This document shows positions 1-14,200 of a stretch of 64,000 nucleotides of DNA, in pieces (positions within the stretch are counted from its first letter, which is position 1; every line of letters begins with the position of its first letter). The stretch is taken from the NCBI RefSeq assembly GCF_009914755.1, contig NC_060936.1. One strand, given 5' to 3'. The notes below the pieces were generated by a model. The model ran no database searches, had not been told where the DNA came from, and worked only from the letters and a program-made list of their open reading frames with translations. This DNA is from the human T2T-CHM13v2.0 reference genome, Homo sapiens. Both the position numbers and the translations under genes were made by a program.

Positions 1-1265
1 GGGTAGAAGGAGAACCAGGGGAGTGGGGGTCCAGGTAGCCAAGGAGGACAGGGTGGGCTGCAGTACTGCATGCTTGCTAAGAGGTCCAAGCAAGGGCTCA
101 CCTTTGTCCATGAAGGATACATGGGGATCATAGGGATGCACCATGAAGGGAGGGGAAACGGAGACCTGGAGGTGAATATTTTCAAATGAGAAGGCTGGGA
201 GGGAAGCAGCTAGAAGGTCAGGGAAAGGAAGTGCTTTTGTGTGATGAGGGAGGGCGGCTCGGGCATGCCTAGTGCACTGGGAAAGGCTCCAAAGCCTGCT
301 TAACTCTGCTGCCTCCGGGGAAGGGGACAGGGCTGAAGGAAGGTGAGTGGAAGAGCTCCAGCCACCACTTCCAGCCCTCCTCCTGACTGTCCCAGTGGAT
401 TCCCCTCTCTGGGACCTCATTGTACCCCAATTTCCTTTTCCCTGGAGAGTGATATATCAGGGGAGGTAGGTGGGGGAACATGGCAATGGCTGCAGCTGCC
501 CCTGGAGAGGAGAAAAGCAAACATAAGCCACTTGATGTGAGCTTATCTGCCAGCGAATGGAGGGGCCAGGGCTTTGGATAATCCCCCAAATCATTTTTCA
601 TTGAGCTTTGAGTGTCTTATGATTGCTGGGAAGCCGACTGGCCTTCCTAAGTGGGTGTTATTTCTGTTCATAGCAGTTGGGAGCTGGGCTTGGGAACCAA
701 TTGAAGGAAGTGTTCCTGAGGGGCACCAGCTAGACAGCAGGGGGCAGGCAAGGCAGAGACTCCCACTACGGGTGTAACCAATGCTGGATGCAGAATCACG
801 GACAAGCCTCTGAAGACAAAGGAGAGGGACCGTACCTCCCAGATCCCTGGCCTCGCGACGCTGATCTCTTCCTTGGCCTCTAAAAGGCACATCTGTGTCC
901 TCCCTTTGGCCCTTTGTTCAGGCTGTGGCCTGAATCTGAAACCCCTGCTACTCTGTCCCAATGCTCCAGGGCTCAGGGGGACTCTACCCCTCCCTGAAGG
1001 TGGCTATTTCCACCTTCCCAGACCCCCAGGGCAAAGCCCAGCATCCACGGACTGCAGCAGTTGGCCTGGGTGCTTCTCAGCATCTTATTTAACAGACTGA
1101 CTGATTTGGTTACCTTCCCGAGCTTGTGGACTGAGATGGGGACAGCGGTGCCACACAGTGGGGTCCAGACCCTCTTTCTGGCTCTGCCCTTTACTTGCTG
1201 CCTGTGCTTGGCGAGGCAAGCTACTTCCCTCCCTGAGTGTTTGGTTTCCCACCTGCAGGGAAAAG

Positions 1266-1548
1266 CAGCGGCTCTCCTGCTTAGGTCTTAGAATTACCTG
1301 GGGGACTCGTTAAAGTGAAGATCTCAGGGCCCACCCCCAGAGTTTCTGATTCATTAGGTTTAGTGTGAGACCCTGAAGGATTTGCTCCCAGGCAGGGTGA
1401 CTGATAATCCCCATTTGCCCGGGACAGAGGGATTTCTTGGGATACAGGAGTGCTGTTCAGGGTTAAACCTGGGCAATCCTGGGAAACCAGGATGGCTAGT
1501 CACTGCTCCCAGGTGCTGCTGGTCTTGGGACCACACTTTGCATCAATG
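1266..1548 (+). mobile_element. MER5A-like hAT-Charlie MITE, interrupted by MER94
   Basis: 'ttagaattacctggggg...gggcccacccccagagtttctgattca' followed by 'tgctgctggtcttgggaccacactttg'. Confidence 0.75.
1393..1505. mobile_element. MER94-like hAT-Blackjack MITE with 8-bp TSD
   Basis: TIR-like ends cagggtgact...agtcactg; CTCCCAGG duplicated at 1385-1392 and 1506-1513. Confidence 0.8.
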
Positions 1549-2234
1549 TTCTCTAAGGTCCCTTCCAACTCTGAAAGTCCCTGTGCCTGCAGTATAAGTA
1601 CCCTTCACCTCTGAAACAGGCATAACTGGGTGGGACATGAGGGTGGGCCCGTCCTCTCATGCAAATTCACATTTAGGACACAGTTCCTGTTGAAATGATA
1701 AAGATCTCCCAGATTGCCCGGCAATGAGCCTCAAGGTGCCTTCCCCCCAGGAAGAGGTTCTGACTGTAGCACAAAGGTGGGATTCAGGGGCAGCCAGCAG
1801 GTGCGGGGGCGGTGAATGTCATTGTCAGGATCCATGCCATAGGACATCTCAGAAAGGCAACCACAGATGCCTTGAAGGTGAACTGATGCATTTTGGGGAC
1901 TTTCATCAGGGCTGGATGTGTAATGGCATGGCTGTGAGACTTGAGGATCATTGTCCTCCTACTGCATCCCCCCGCTCTCCCAAGCAGATGAGGCTCAAAG
2001 CACAGAGATGCAGGATGTGTAGGAAGAGCCCAGCTGGCTGGCCAGATGTGCTGGGAGTCCTGGTGAGCAGGGCAGGCTCCAGCCGGGGCCAGTGCCCAGG
2101 AGCACAGGGTACCACAGGTGTTGGCTGGTGGGCAAGACCAAGTCCTTTAATAGTGATGGGGAGCAAGGGGTGGGAGCTGGCTGTATAGATCATACATAAA
2201 CACATGGCGTTTTGAGGCCCTGGGTGAGCTGCAT

Positions 2235-2650
2235 CCTTCACTCCCTCAACAAACATGTATTGAGTGCCTGCTATGTGCTATGTGCTGGTACTTGGAACAA
2301 CTGGACTTGCTCCTTCAGGAGGTCACAGCAGTCGTGAGGGTGGGGCACATGCATGCAAACAACTTCCAGACACTGGAGAGCACTTTCAGAGATGCTGGCC
2401 CGTCCTGATGGGAGCGCAGAGGGACAGGCATTGATTCTGCCAGACGAGGGTGGTGGGGGTGGATGGCAAAAGAAAGGGGCATTTAATTTGGTCCTTAAAA
2501 ACAGGCAGGGTTTCTGCGGGCAGAAAAGGAGGGAGGGCTGCCCAGGGAGAGGGGACAGTGTGAGCAAAGGCCTGGCGGCATGGCTGGGCAGGGTGGGCCG
2601 GCGGGGGCAGGAAGGGCTGGGAAGCCATGTCTGGGCCTGGAACAAACTTG
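2235..2650 (-). mobile_element. L2 LINE 3' fragment
   Basis: 'caacaaacatgtattgagtgcctgctatgtgc' is the reverse complement of the L2 3' end. Confidence 0.65.
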
Positions 2651-3344
2651 GCCTCACTAAGTTGTGACTTTCCGCTTTCCCCCACATTCTCTACTCCTGG
2701 GATCTCACCAACCTCTTATTCTTTGTCTGCTCCCATTAGCAAAAGCTGAGGTTGGGAGGGACCTGACTCTCCGTTCCCTAAGGGAAGAGCACCCCATACC
2801 AGGGGAGGGCTTTTGGGGCGCCTGATGTTTCTGAAAACAAACAAGCAAACAAACAAAACTGGCATATTTCACTTAACATAACGTCCTCCAGGTTCATCCA
2901 CATGTCACAGACAACAAGATTCCCTTCTTTTATAAGGCTAAATAGCATTCCATTGTATATATATGCCACATTTTCTTTACCCGTTCATCCCCTGATGGCC
3001 GCTTAAGTTGATTCTGTATCTTGGCTATTGTGAACAGTAATGAAATGAACATGGAATGCAGATAGCTCTTCAACATACTAATTTCATTTCCTTTGGATAA
3101 ATACACAGTAGCATCTTATGTTAAGTGAAATAAGCCAGGCACAGAAAGACAAATACCACATGATCTCACTCATACGTGGAATCTAAAAAGTTGATCCCAT
3201 AGAAATAGAGTGTAGAATGGTGGTGGGGGGAAGTGGGGAGGGGAAGAGATGTTGGTTAAAGGGTATAAAATTTCAGTTGGACAGGAGGAATAAGCTCAAG
3301 AGATCTATTGCATGTCGGGACTCTGTATGGTTAATAACATTGTA

Positions 3345-3862
<518 letters not shown>

Positions 3863-3922
3863 AACACATTGTATTCTTAAAAAATGCTGAGTGATGATAT
3901 ATGTTCTCACCCTAAAATGCTA

Positions 3923-3968
3923 TTAGGTTGGTGCAAAAGTAATTGCAGTTTTTGCCATTAAAAGTAAT
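3923..3968. mobile_element. MADE1 mariner MITE fragment
   Basis: 'ttaggttggtgcaaaagtaattgcagtttttgccattaaaagtaat' preceded by TA. Confidence 0.85.
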
Positions 3969-4689
3969 ACATGAAATACATATGTTAATTGGCTAGATTG
4001 TCACTCTATGATGTATATGTACTTCAAAATACCATGTTATACACAGTAAATACTTATAATTTGATCAGTCAATTTTTCAGAAAGCAAAAATAAAGATCCC
4101 CCCTCCCCCAACAAAACCAGTGGCCCCTCCCCCCGCCCAACACACACACACACCCGTGCCCCTTCAGTTAAATAAGTGTCAGTTTCCACCTTTGAGTTTC
4201 TGGCCAACAAGAGGCCACGCCTGCCTGATGGGCAAAAACAGTAGGAAAGGAAAAAAAAACAGTCTACGTGGTTGAATGTATGACTTCATTTCGGTTTTAA
4301 TGAAACTTAGTGACAGTCCCCGCACGGTGGATTTCCTCTCTCCATCTAGACAGCCTCGCCCTTCTGTGCCTTTGCTTCCCTCTGGTTTCATTCCACTTGT
4401 CTGTGGTGGGTGTACAGTGCGACTATTCTTCTGAAGCGGAGAAGTAGGACTTCTTCAGACCCTTGAAATTGGGCAGCTGGAAGGAGCCAGAAGGATTCTG
4501 AGCTCAGTCCTTTTGAGAACTGAGGCAGCTGGGCCCTCGTGGGGTGGGAATTGGGGTGGGGGACCAGGAGGTCACACTGTGGTCAAAGCCACACTGCAGA
4601 TCAGTGGCAGGGGAGGACCTGGTCTCCTGTCTCCCAGGCCAGTGTTTTTTCCATGGCCACCAACAAGATTTTGATTGGCTGATACAATA

Positions 4690-4900
4690 ATAAACATTTA
4701 CTAAATGCTAGCTCATGCTAGCCACTAACCTAAGTGCCAACCGTGCATTAGTTAATTTAATACTTATAATAATCCCACGATGGGATTATCTTCCCCTTTT
4801 ACAGAAGAGAAAACTGAGGCACAGAACACTATTGGAGAGCCAGGCACATGAGTTATGTGCAGAACAGATATTTGACTTTTCCCAGCACAGGTCTAGTTTG
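4690..4900 (-). mobile_element. MIR SINE
   Basis: 'ttttacagaagagaaaactgaggcacaga' core. Confidence 0.7.
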
Positions 4901-5034
4901 GATTTCCTGTAGCTTGGGGATCTGTGGTGAAAACTAAGAGCTGGGGGATCTGTCCAGGGCAGAGACCCCAGTTGGGGGCTGGGAGGCACAAGGCCAGTAT
5001 TTTCTGAAAGGATCCTGGGTCAGGAGGACCATGA

Positions 5035-5688
<654 letters not shown>

Positions 5689-6129
5689 TGAGCACAGGCA
5701 ACTCTTTTGGACTAAACTTAGGATTTGATTGCTAACTATAGAGTCATGTGGATGGTGCTGTAGGTGGAACTTGAATTAAAACCCTAGCACTAAGAATTCC
5801 TAGTCTTTATGCCCTGAGAGACATGGTTTCCTAAGTACATGACTATTTTTTACTTCATTTGCAAGTACCAGATTGCATTTTTGTATTAGTCAGGATTCTG
5901 CTCCTACTGTCAGGCAAGTGGTTCAGCTTCTCTCATCCTCTAGGTGTATACATACACAGGGAGTCTCTGGAGGTGCCTGTACGCAGGATCACAGTTTGCT
6001 GTTTTTCCTAGATCCTTTTTTTTTTTTTTAAATTCTGTCTGACCTATGAAATGAGGACTTCTCCAGCGCTTGTGACAAGAATCGGTGACCAAACAAACAC
6101 AAACCCAGCGCTAGTCAGCAGGTTAGGGG

Positions 6130-6300
6130 ATCTGGGTGTGAGTACCAGTTGCCACCTACAGCAGTGTGACCCTGGGCAAACCCTGTGACCTCTGGAGCCT
6201 TAGCTTCCTCCTCTGTAAGATAGAGATGACGCTGGGCTGGCTTTGTCTCCCTTGCATGGTGGCTGTGAGGACTAAATGGGATGGAGAGTTGCAAGAACTA
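6130..6300 (+). mobile_element. MIR SINE
   Basis: 'tgtgaccctgggcaaa...cctctggagccttagcttcctcctctgtaaga'. Confidence 0.7.
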
Positions 6301-7182
6301 TGTATACTGCAATTTTACAGCTTCATTGCCAGACAAGGGTCATGATGAAACTCACATCTCTAAGAGCTTCCCAAATGAAGGACAACAGGCAAAGGTTGGG
6401 TAACCCTAAATAATACACCGGCCAGGCTCTGTGTCTGATGGTTATGGATGGAGTCTCAGGGCCTCTGCCCCTCAACCCTCTCGGCCCGCTTAGTGGACTC
6501 TATACAGATGATTGAGAGGGGACCCTGTCCCCAGGTGGCCGTGAAGAATTCACCTGCAGAAAACCAGGACCTCAATTTAACAAAGCAGATTGGTTCAGAC
6601 AGGAAAGCCATTTTAAAAGAAGAGAAAAAAGGCCACGGCTGCAGTGAACATTACGCACCTCATCTCTATTCTCAACACGACAGCAAGGCACTGCAAAAGG
6701 ACACCCTGGGTGGAGTGGGGGGGTGGGAAGAGGTGCCCCTCAGCTGGGGCTGCAGGTGGGGTGCCCTGTGGGTAGGGCTCCAGGAGGCAGCACCTGGGCC
6801 TCTGCCATCCCAGCAGGGCTAGTGAGGTCATCGAGTGCAGAAGGTGACAGCTGTCTTGGTGCTTGGGTCACCCCTACACATTCCTTCTCTTCTGATCAAC
6901 CCTATCCCCAATTCTGCAATGTAAGGGGGGCTGAGCTTATATCTAGGAACCTGGGTTCTGGTCTCGCTTCCATTTCTAACCTGTTTGTGACTTTCGGCCT
7001 TGGCTCTTCTCATCCATAAAACTGGAATGACTATCTTCTTTACCAGGTTGGGTAAAGATACTTCCCACTCTAAGACTTACTGCAAGCGCAGGAGTTGTGG
7101 GCCATTGCTCTATCACTTAAATCTTTGCGCATTTCCTTGTGAGCCCGGGAATAACTGTGGTGTGTCAGGTATGGTTTTAGTA

Positions 7183-7416
7183 CAGTTGTTCCTCGGCGTA
7201 CATGGGGGATTGGTTCCAGGACCCCCTTGTAAATCAAAGTCCACACATGCTCAAGATCTGCAGCCAGCCCTGCAGAACCCACATACATGAAAAGCCGGCT
7301 CTCCATATAATTGGGTTTTGCATCCCGTGAATACTGTATTTTCCATCCATGTTTGGTTGAAAAATAGAAGTGGATCTGCACAGTTCAACAAGCCCGTGCT
7401 ATTCAAGGATCAACTG
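7183..7416. mobile_element. MER8-like TcMar-Tigger MITE inserted into a MIR
   Basis: Ends cagttg...caactg, internal 'gggggattggttccaggacccc', length ~234 bp; MIR sequence on both flanks. Confidence 0.8.
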
Positions 7417-9589
7417 TCCTTTGTAAGTAATATCTCTTTTAATCCTCACAACCCTTTAAGGTAGGCACATACATCTTCCCCACGTTACAGAAGGGGAAAG
7501 AGAGACAGAGATTAATCCTGCTTTGCACCTATTGTCAACATAATTAAGAGCAGTGCTCCAGTTCACTTCAAAAATGTCCCGGCTGGGTGTTAAGTCCTGG
7601 CTCTTCATCATGATGTTACACTGCTTGTCAACAACATTCTGAATCTTTCTGCCCCATCTCCTCCATATTCTAAAGGTATCTCCAACCCACTTCCTGCTCT
7701 TATACCCCATGGTCACCAACCCCCACGAATGAAGCCCAAGGCATGCCCCTTAACTACATTACTTGACAACATCTGAGCTAAGTTCTGGGGTCCTGAGCAC
7801 CCAACACAGCACCCCATGTATTGGTGTCCGATGCTGAATGAATGAGTGAACGAATGAGCAAATGCACTGAAGAGCCACGTGAATGCTCATGAACTCTGGG
7901 AGAGCTACATAAATACCTCTCACCCCATCTTGCTCTCACCCGGTTCCTCAGGAGACCTGTCAAAGAAAACAGAAAGAGGAGCTTTCCCTGAGCTTTCTCT
8001 GCCTTCTTTGCATCTTCTTCTTTTTTCCCTGCTTCTTCCATGTCAGCCTCAGATGAGAAACACAGACCTATATCCATTGTACATCAAAGTAGAATATCTT
8101 TTTGAAAATAATCCAAACGAGGCACAAATGGGAACAAGACAGTTTCCTTGATGGGAAACACCTGAAGGCACAATCAGACACTTCCGTAGAGCAGTCAGAC
8201 CTCAGAAGAAACCCACAGCAGGAGGGGACAGCTCTGAGAGGTATCGGAAATGAACATGCAGTGGACCCCCTTCTCCTAGCTCTACACCTTCTTTTCTTTG
8301 CCTTTGCTCCAGGTCTTAATGATGGACCCACAGCAGAGGCTGGGAAAGCCCAGTGCCCCTAAGGCCCACCAACAGTGAGATCTCAGTGTGGCAAACACAA
8401 GTGGCTTCCTTCTCCTGCTGCAGAACCCAGCATCACAGACAGCTGGTAGAGAGAGACAGTGTGCGTGTGTCGGATCTGAAAGTAGCTCATTAAGTAAACA
8501 CATGCCAGATCCAAGGAAGGCAGGTCACCCTGCCTGTTCCAGAAATGTATGATTTCCTAGTCATGCAGACAAGGTGTTTTAGGGCCCCGAGAAGCCACCT
8601 TGACCCCCTGCACGTCCTCCAGACACTGGCCAGTAGTTGGAAAGCCCAGCCCCCTGCAGCTTCAGCCATAAATAGTGGTGGGGCCCTCATATGGGCCAAG
8701 TTTCTCATTTAACTGTTTCAATAACTCACTAAGGTAGTTGCTATTGCTTCTGTTTTATAAATGAGGAGCTGAGGCTCTGCTGGCAGACCCAGGAATCAAG
8801 CCCAGGTGTTGCTGATGCCAAGGTCAAGGCTTCTCAGGTTTGGGCTTTTAGTAGACTTGGAGGAGGGAAGAAAAGCTGCCCCCATGCAGAACTGATTTAT
8901 CTGTCCAGGCTTGGTCCATGAAGCACTGAGACTCCTCCTGAGAAGCTGTTCAGAGGAAGGATGGAGGCTTCAGGAGTGGCCCATTCAGGGTGAGCCTGAG
9001 CTCACCCTGATCTGTAAGGCAATGAGCAGCAGCAACAGGAGTGCCCAAGACCCCAGCGTGCTGAGGTTCAGCAGAGGGTGGGACATGGCTGAGACACAGG
9101 TGCCTGCATCACCCTACTCCAGGGGGAGCTATCCACATCAGAGTGACTGTGAATGGCTGCCCCTGGAATTGTGCAGTGCACAGTCTGTGCAGGTGTGCAT
9201 AAACGCCCAGCAAGTACCTAGCTGCTCACTGGACAAGCTGCTTATCTTCTTCTAGCTCTCATTTCCAGCAAACCAACACCTCTTTACCACCCATCCTTCC
9301 CTGCCAAGCCGGGGTGCCTTCTTTCGGATGGGGCCAGCTGGATGAAATCCTTTTATTGGATGTTTCCAACCAGGAACTGGGCAGCACAATGTGTCTCGGA
9401 TGAGCAGGTAAGGTAGGTGACTAAGGGTTGGGCTGCTCATGTCCAGTGAGGGTTTGGAGGCTGGTACACCTGACAAGAAAACCCTCATGGATCCCTTTAA
9501 ATAGATAGGCCTTAACTGTGATCTGTAGGTAGATCTCTTTCTTCCAAAGGATGGGAATTGGCATTAAACTTAACTTAAGTTTGATTCAA

Positions 9590-10255
9590 GTAGCCAAGAC
9601 TGTTAGTGATCTCCCAAAATTTGTTCTTCTCTTCTTCCATTATAATGGAGCTGTAACTGGGTACATGGCCACCTAACCAGTGACTGCATTTCCCAACCCT
9701 TCAAGCAGCTAGATCTGGGCATATAGTAGTTCTTGACAATGGAATGTGAGTGGAAGTACGTCTCCATGCCTGGACCTTAAAACATTGTCCCTACACATCA
9801 CCACAATCTTTTCCCTTCCTGAGAACTGCGACAGAGATATGTCTGAAATCCAGCTTCAACCATGCAGACAAGGACAGCACCTCAGAGAAGTGTTTCTAAG
9901 CTTAAGGGTACATTAGAATCACCTGAAGGACTTCTGAAACCGCAGCTGGCCCCACCCCCAGCGATTCTAATTCAGTAAGTCTGGGGTGGTGCCTGAAGTT
10001 TGCATTTATGACAAGTTTCTGGGTGACACTAGGGCTGCTTGTCTGGAGGCCACATTTGGAGACACACGCTGTCCTCGGGGATGGTACAGAAACAAGATGG
10101 CAGGATCCGGGATCCCTGTATGACTGTGTGGAGCAGAACAGCTTGCCTACCCTGACTGTAAGATGAGAGAGAGAGAGAGATAGAAAAACTTTGTTTTTTC
10201 TAAGCTACTGTTTTATTGGGTCTCCGAGTTAGTACCTTAGCCTTTGCTCTAAACT
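9590..10255. mobile_element. MLT1-type MaLR LTR interrupted by MER5A (~9888-10070)
   Basis: 'ctgcatttcccaaccc...gacaatggaatgtgagtggaagt' and 'tgactgtgtggagcaga'; internal 'cattagaatcacctgaagg...ggccccacccccagcgattctaattcagt'. Confidence 0.6.
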
Positions 10256-10479
10256 GACCCATACCCTTGGTGGTCAGAGTCTTCTCTGTATAAATGTTCC
10301 TCTCAGAAAAGAAAAAGAGCTCCTACTCTAGCTCCAGCTCTAGGAGCAACAAATTAGTCCTTAATCAGACTAGTACATAGAGCCGGGATAGAATCTCAGC
10401 TGTAAGACTGCAAAGCTCAGCCTCATCAGAATGCATGCTGTCTCTCAAGTCACCCACAGTTTCCTGGATCCTGTCTCCC

Positions 10480-11200
10480 TCTTGAGTTACTGCCAGATCT
10501 TTCTTCCTCTGAAGCTTTACTTCTTTGTCCAGTCATCCTGCACCCCACCACTGTCTGACCTCCGCGCCCACTCTACTCATCCCAAAGTTACTGTCATTGC
10601 CAGAGCCAAAGGTGGCTTTTCAAACCTCCTCCCGCTTCACCTCTGCTGAATTTGAAGCACTGATCACACCTTCCTTTTGAAGACCCTCTCTCCACTGCTG
10701 GTTTCGTGGTACATTCTCACCTCGTTCTTCTCCTGAGTTTCTAATTTGCCTTGATCTGAACATCATGACCTCCAAGTCTCCAGCTTTGTCCTCTCTTCCT
10801 TGGCCTCAACCACTCGTCTTCTTCCTGGCTTACCCCTTTAAGGCTGGCACTCCCTCCAGGGTGAGGTGGGGAACATTTTTTGTTCTTTGCCACCCCCATT
10901 CATGCCCAACCCCATCCACCTCCAGCAATCTGATGACTCAAAACCCTGCTGAGCTGCAGGCTCCCTCCCATGGCTGCAGGTCCCTCCCATTCAGCACGCC
11001 CAAAACGCAGTCAACAACATCTCCCTGCGACCCATTCATCCCCTATTCCTAATCTCAGTAAGTGACGCTCCATCGCCTGTGAAATGCTCACCCCTTTTTC
11101 TCAGTGTCACCACTTCCCTCCCCAACATGCAATGCTTTACCAAGACACCCCCTTCTGCAGCTCTCCTCAAAGAACACCCTGCAAATCTGCCTATTGCACT
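10480..11200 (+). mobile_element. L2 LINE body fragment
   Basis: Pyrimidine-rich L2-like sequence such as 'cactgatcacaccttccttttgaagaccctctc'. Confidence 0.6.
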
Positions 11201-14200
11201 CTTCTCACTGCTGCCCTGCTTGCGTCTCCCCTCCTCATTCAGCATTGCAGAAGGTCTGCTGAAGGTTCATGTATCTGTTTTCCCCTCTGAGATTAACTAG
11301 TTAATTAATCTATTAATTTATTGAACATCCTAGGCCTCACTATGTGGCATAGGTCCTGGAGATGAAGAGAAGGGAATGAATGACGCTGTCTCTGAACTCC
11401 GATAGCTCACAGCTGGAAAAACGGACACGTCAACATCACAATGGATGAAGTTCAGGGGGAAACGTGTGCAGGAGGGATGAAGAGGGAACTATGGACGTAG
11501 GTTTTTAAGGATGAGCAGGAATTAGGCAAAGAAGGTGAAGGGAAGGTATGGTTCAGGCTCATGATCGTGGACTTTGTAAGCAAAAGGGGACCACCAGATT
11601 ATGAGAATTAGAGTCACCAATTATGAGGTTAAATGAAAGAAATCCAAATGGCCCAGTGGGTTATAAACCAGAGTCTGGGGTTGGGGAATGAGCATTTATT
11701 TAAATGAATTCTAAAAATACACTTAGCAGCCCAGCTATCTGAAGGGAGAATTGGGCATGTATTAATCGATTTCCTGTAATTCTGCAAGACCACAGCGGAG
11801 GCCAAGTTGTCTAGGACAGTCAAGGGCTGTCCAGTCTGCCCTGCAGTCAGTCCATGGAAGCTGGCCCAGGCTGCCCACCTGCTGGGGTGGACCTAGCTAG
11901 AGGGGCAGAGGAAACCGATGGTGAGAAGACAGACCCTAAGCTCACTCATGAAAATCACTGGCTTTCTACACTAAGAGCACAGAGTTTTAATTCTGACACA
12001 CTGGGTCTTCAAAACACCTTTCAGAAATATACTAATATGCTTACTGCTCCCTTGAATGAGCTTAAATATAGGGAAGGAAACAGTCTATAATTTTTCCCAT
12101 ACTTGGAGAATGGATCTACGATTTCCATAGAGAAGAGCCCATCTTTTCTTCACCCGTGCGGAGCCACATGTAAAGAGGCCCTGTCCATGTCCATGCGGGA
12201 GCTGCTTGCTCACCTCCCCTCCTCGCCCCCGAGTGAAGGCCAGTGCTTGGCAAGAGGGAATCTGGTTGGGGAAGAATGTGTGCTTCTGGATCCCAGGGGA
12301 GGGGCAGGGGCTGAGGAAGTCCTCACTTCCCATGATGATCAAAGAAAGGGGACTTGCCAAAGTGATGCTAGGGACAGGGCCGTCCGCTAACTGATGTGCT
12401 GTGTTTATAAAGGCAGAGGACACGATCGCAGGGGCAAGCAAAGGCCCAGGTGTTGGGGATGGGGTCTAGATTCAGGAGGCCTTCTCTACTTGCCAGCACC
12501 TTGAGCAAGTCACCACCTCCCTCTGTGCCTCAGTTTCTTTATCTGTACAATGAGAAAGTTGGTGTTCTAGTAGATTCTTTCAAATAAGTTTTTATGTAGA
12601 GCCTCGATATATCAAAAAGATAAAGCAGAGCCCCTCTGGTTGAAGGGGTGTGTTAAGCCCCTCTCCACTCATTTAAGCTCCTCTCCACTCATTTAAGCTC
12701 CTCTGACCACTGTCTCCCTCCGCCACCGACCCCAAAGCTGGGACCACAAAATTCCTGCTTGGACACTCTAGGAGACCAACAGGCAGCCAGCAGCTTTTCC
12801 ATTCTTCAATTGCCTATCATCACTCCACACTTGTTTATGGTTAAAATGTGGGGAGAGTTGGGACCATATCACAGACTCACAAGACACTTTTAGAACTGAA
12901 GGTGGCCTCCAAGACCATGGAGAAGCCCTTCATTTCATAGACAATATTCAGCTTCTGCTGACCTCCAACCTGGTCCCAACCCCTTTCCATTTCTTTCTTT
13001 TTATTGGGATAAAATACACACAACATAAAAGTTACCATTGTAACCATTTTACAATGGGAGTCCTTTCAGATCAGCTCTGCTCTGCTCCTCAGACCTGGAG
13101 CTAGGACAGAAACATCTGAAGGGGGTCTTCCCTGTCACTCTGCTGTCCATCCAAGCTGGTCCAGCCAGTAGCCGGAGGCTGGTGCCTTGCAGAAACTCCA
13201 GAAGGCCAGAGGGCTGGGTAACCATGAGGCTGACAGCAACATCCACAGTCCCCCAGGAAGCCAGGCAGAAGCAGACAACACTGCAGGCCCAGCAGCCTCC
13301 CAGGCTTGGGTTTAGGACCCAGACTGGAGCTGGAGGCCCACATGCGTCTCTGTTCTCAGGGGCCAAGGTGAGTGTTCACTGCTGTGTACAGGGGTGAAGG
13401 GAAGGCACAGAGACCATGGATCCTCAAGGCTGTCTAGAGGATGTGGGAGGCACGTCCATGCCCCTGATCAACAATGATCCCAGCTTTCAGACTGGTCTGA
13501 ACCAAGAGCTCTCCACTAGGCTTGATGCAGAGGACTCAGAGCCTAGGACAGGGGGCCCTCAATAACACTGCTGCCCCTTCTAGGGTGGGGTCTCCAGAGC
13601 AGCACCCCCCAGGTCCACAGCTGCAGCCACTGGGAAATGACTCCGGTTGGATGCTGCAGAGGACACCCACAAGCTTCAGGGAGAGGTCCTCTGTAGGGCA
13701 GCTCATACACCATCCTGAGCACAGGCAGAAGTGTGGCTTTTGTCCCCTTCCCCATCCCTGGTGCCAGGAGGTGGGTGAACATAAATGTGAGCCTGGCTCT
13801 CTGGTGTTTTCTTCAGGGGCTGGGATGTCACACACATGGAGGGAAAATTAATGTCACCCTTGCCAGCTGCAGGACCTTGGGCAGGTCTTCTGATCTACCT
13901 GAGCCAGTGTCTTCTGCCCAGTGGGGATCAAAGGCTGAGGATCCCCGAGAGAGTGACCGTGATGCCCCAGCCGGTGCCTGAATTCAGTAAGTACTGGCTG
14001 GATGTGCAGCTGCCCCTCCCCAGCACACAGCAGCAGCCCAGCAAGGGATAGTGGCAGTTTGGATGTTCTGTGGCTTTGGCAGGATGGGCCAGGCTGGAGA
14101 AGAGTTTACTGCGGGGTGGAAGGAGGAGCTCTCCCACAAAAGCCTTCCTCATGCACGACATTTCATGCTTAAGGATATTCATAACCTGCCCGCTGGGAAT

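Larger units (their letters stand above)
1150..1580 (+). mobile_element. MIR SINE fragment split by a MER5A/MER94 insertion
   Basis: MIR core-like 'ctggctctgccctttacttgctg...ggtttcccacctgca' (1150-1262) resumes as 'ctctaaggtcccttccaactctga' (~1551-1575). Confidence 0.6.

Noticed and set aside
1724-2687. ORFs of 99-154 aa
   Set aside because: No domain similarity or splice support; partly within an L2.
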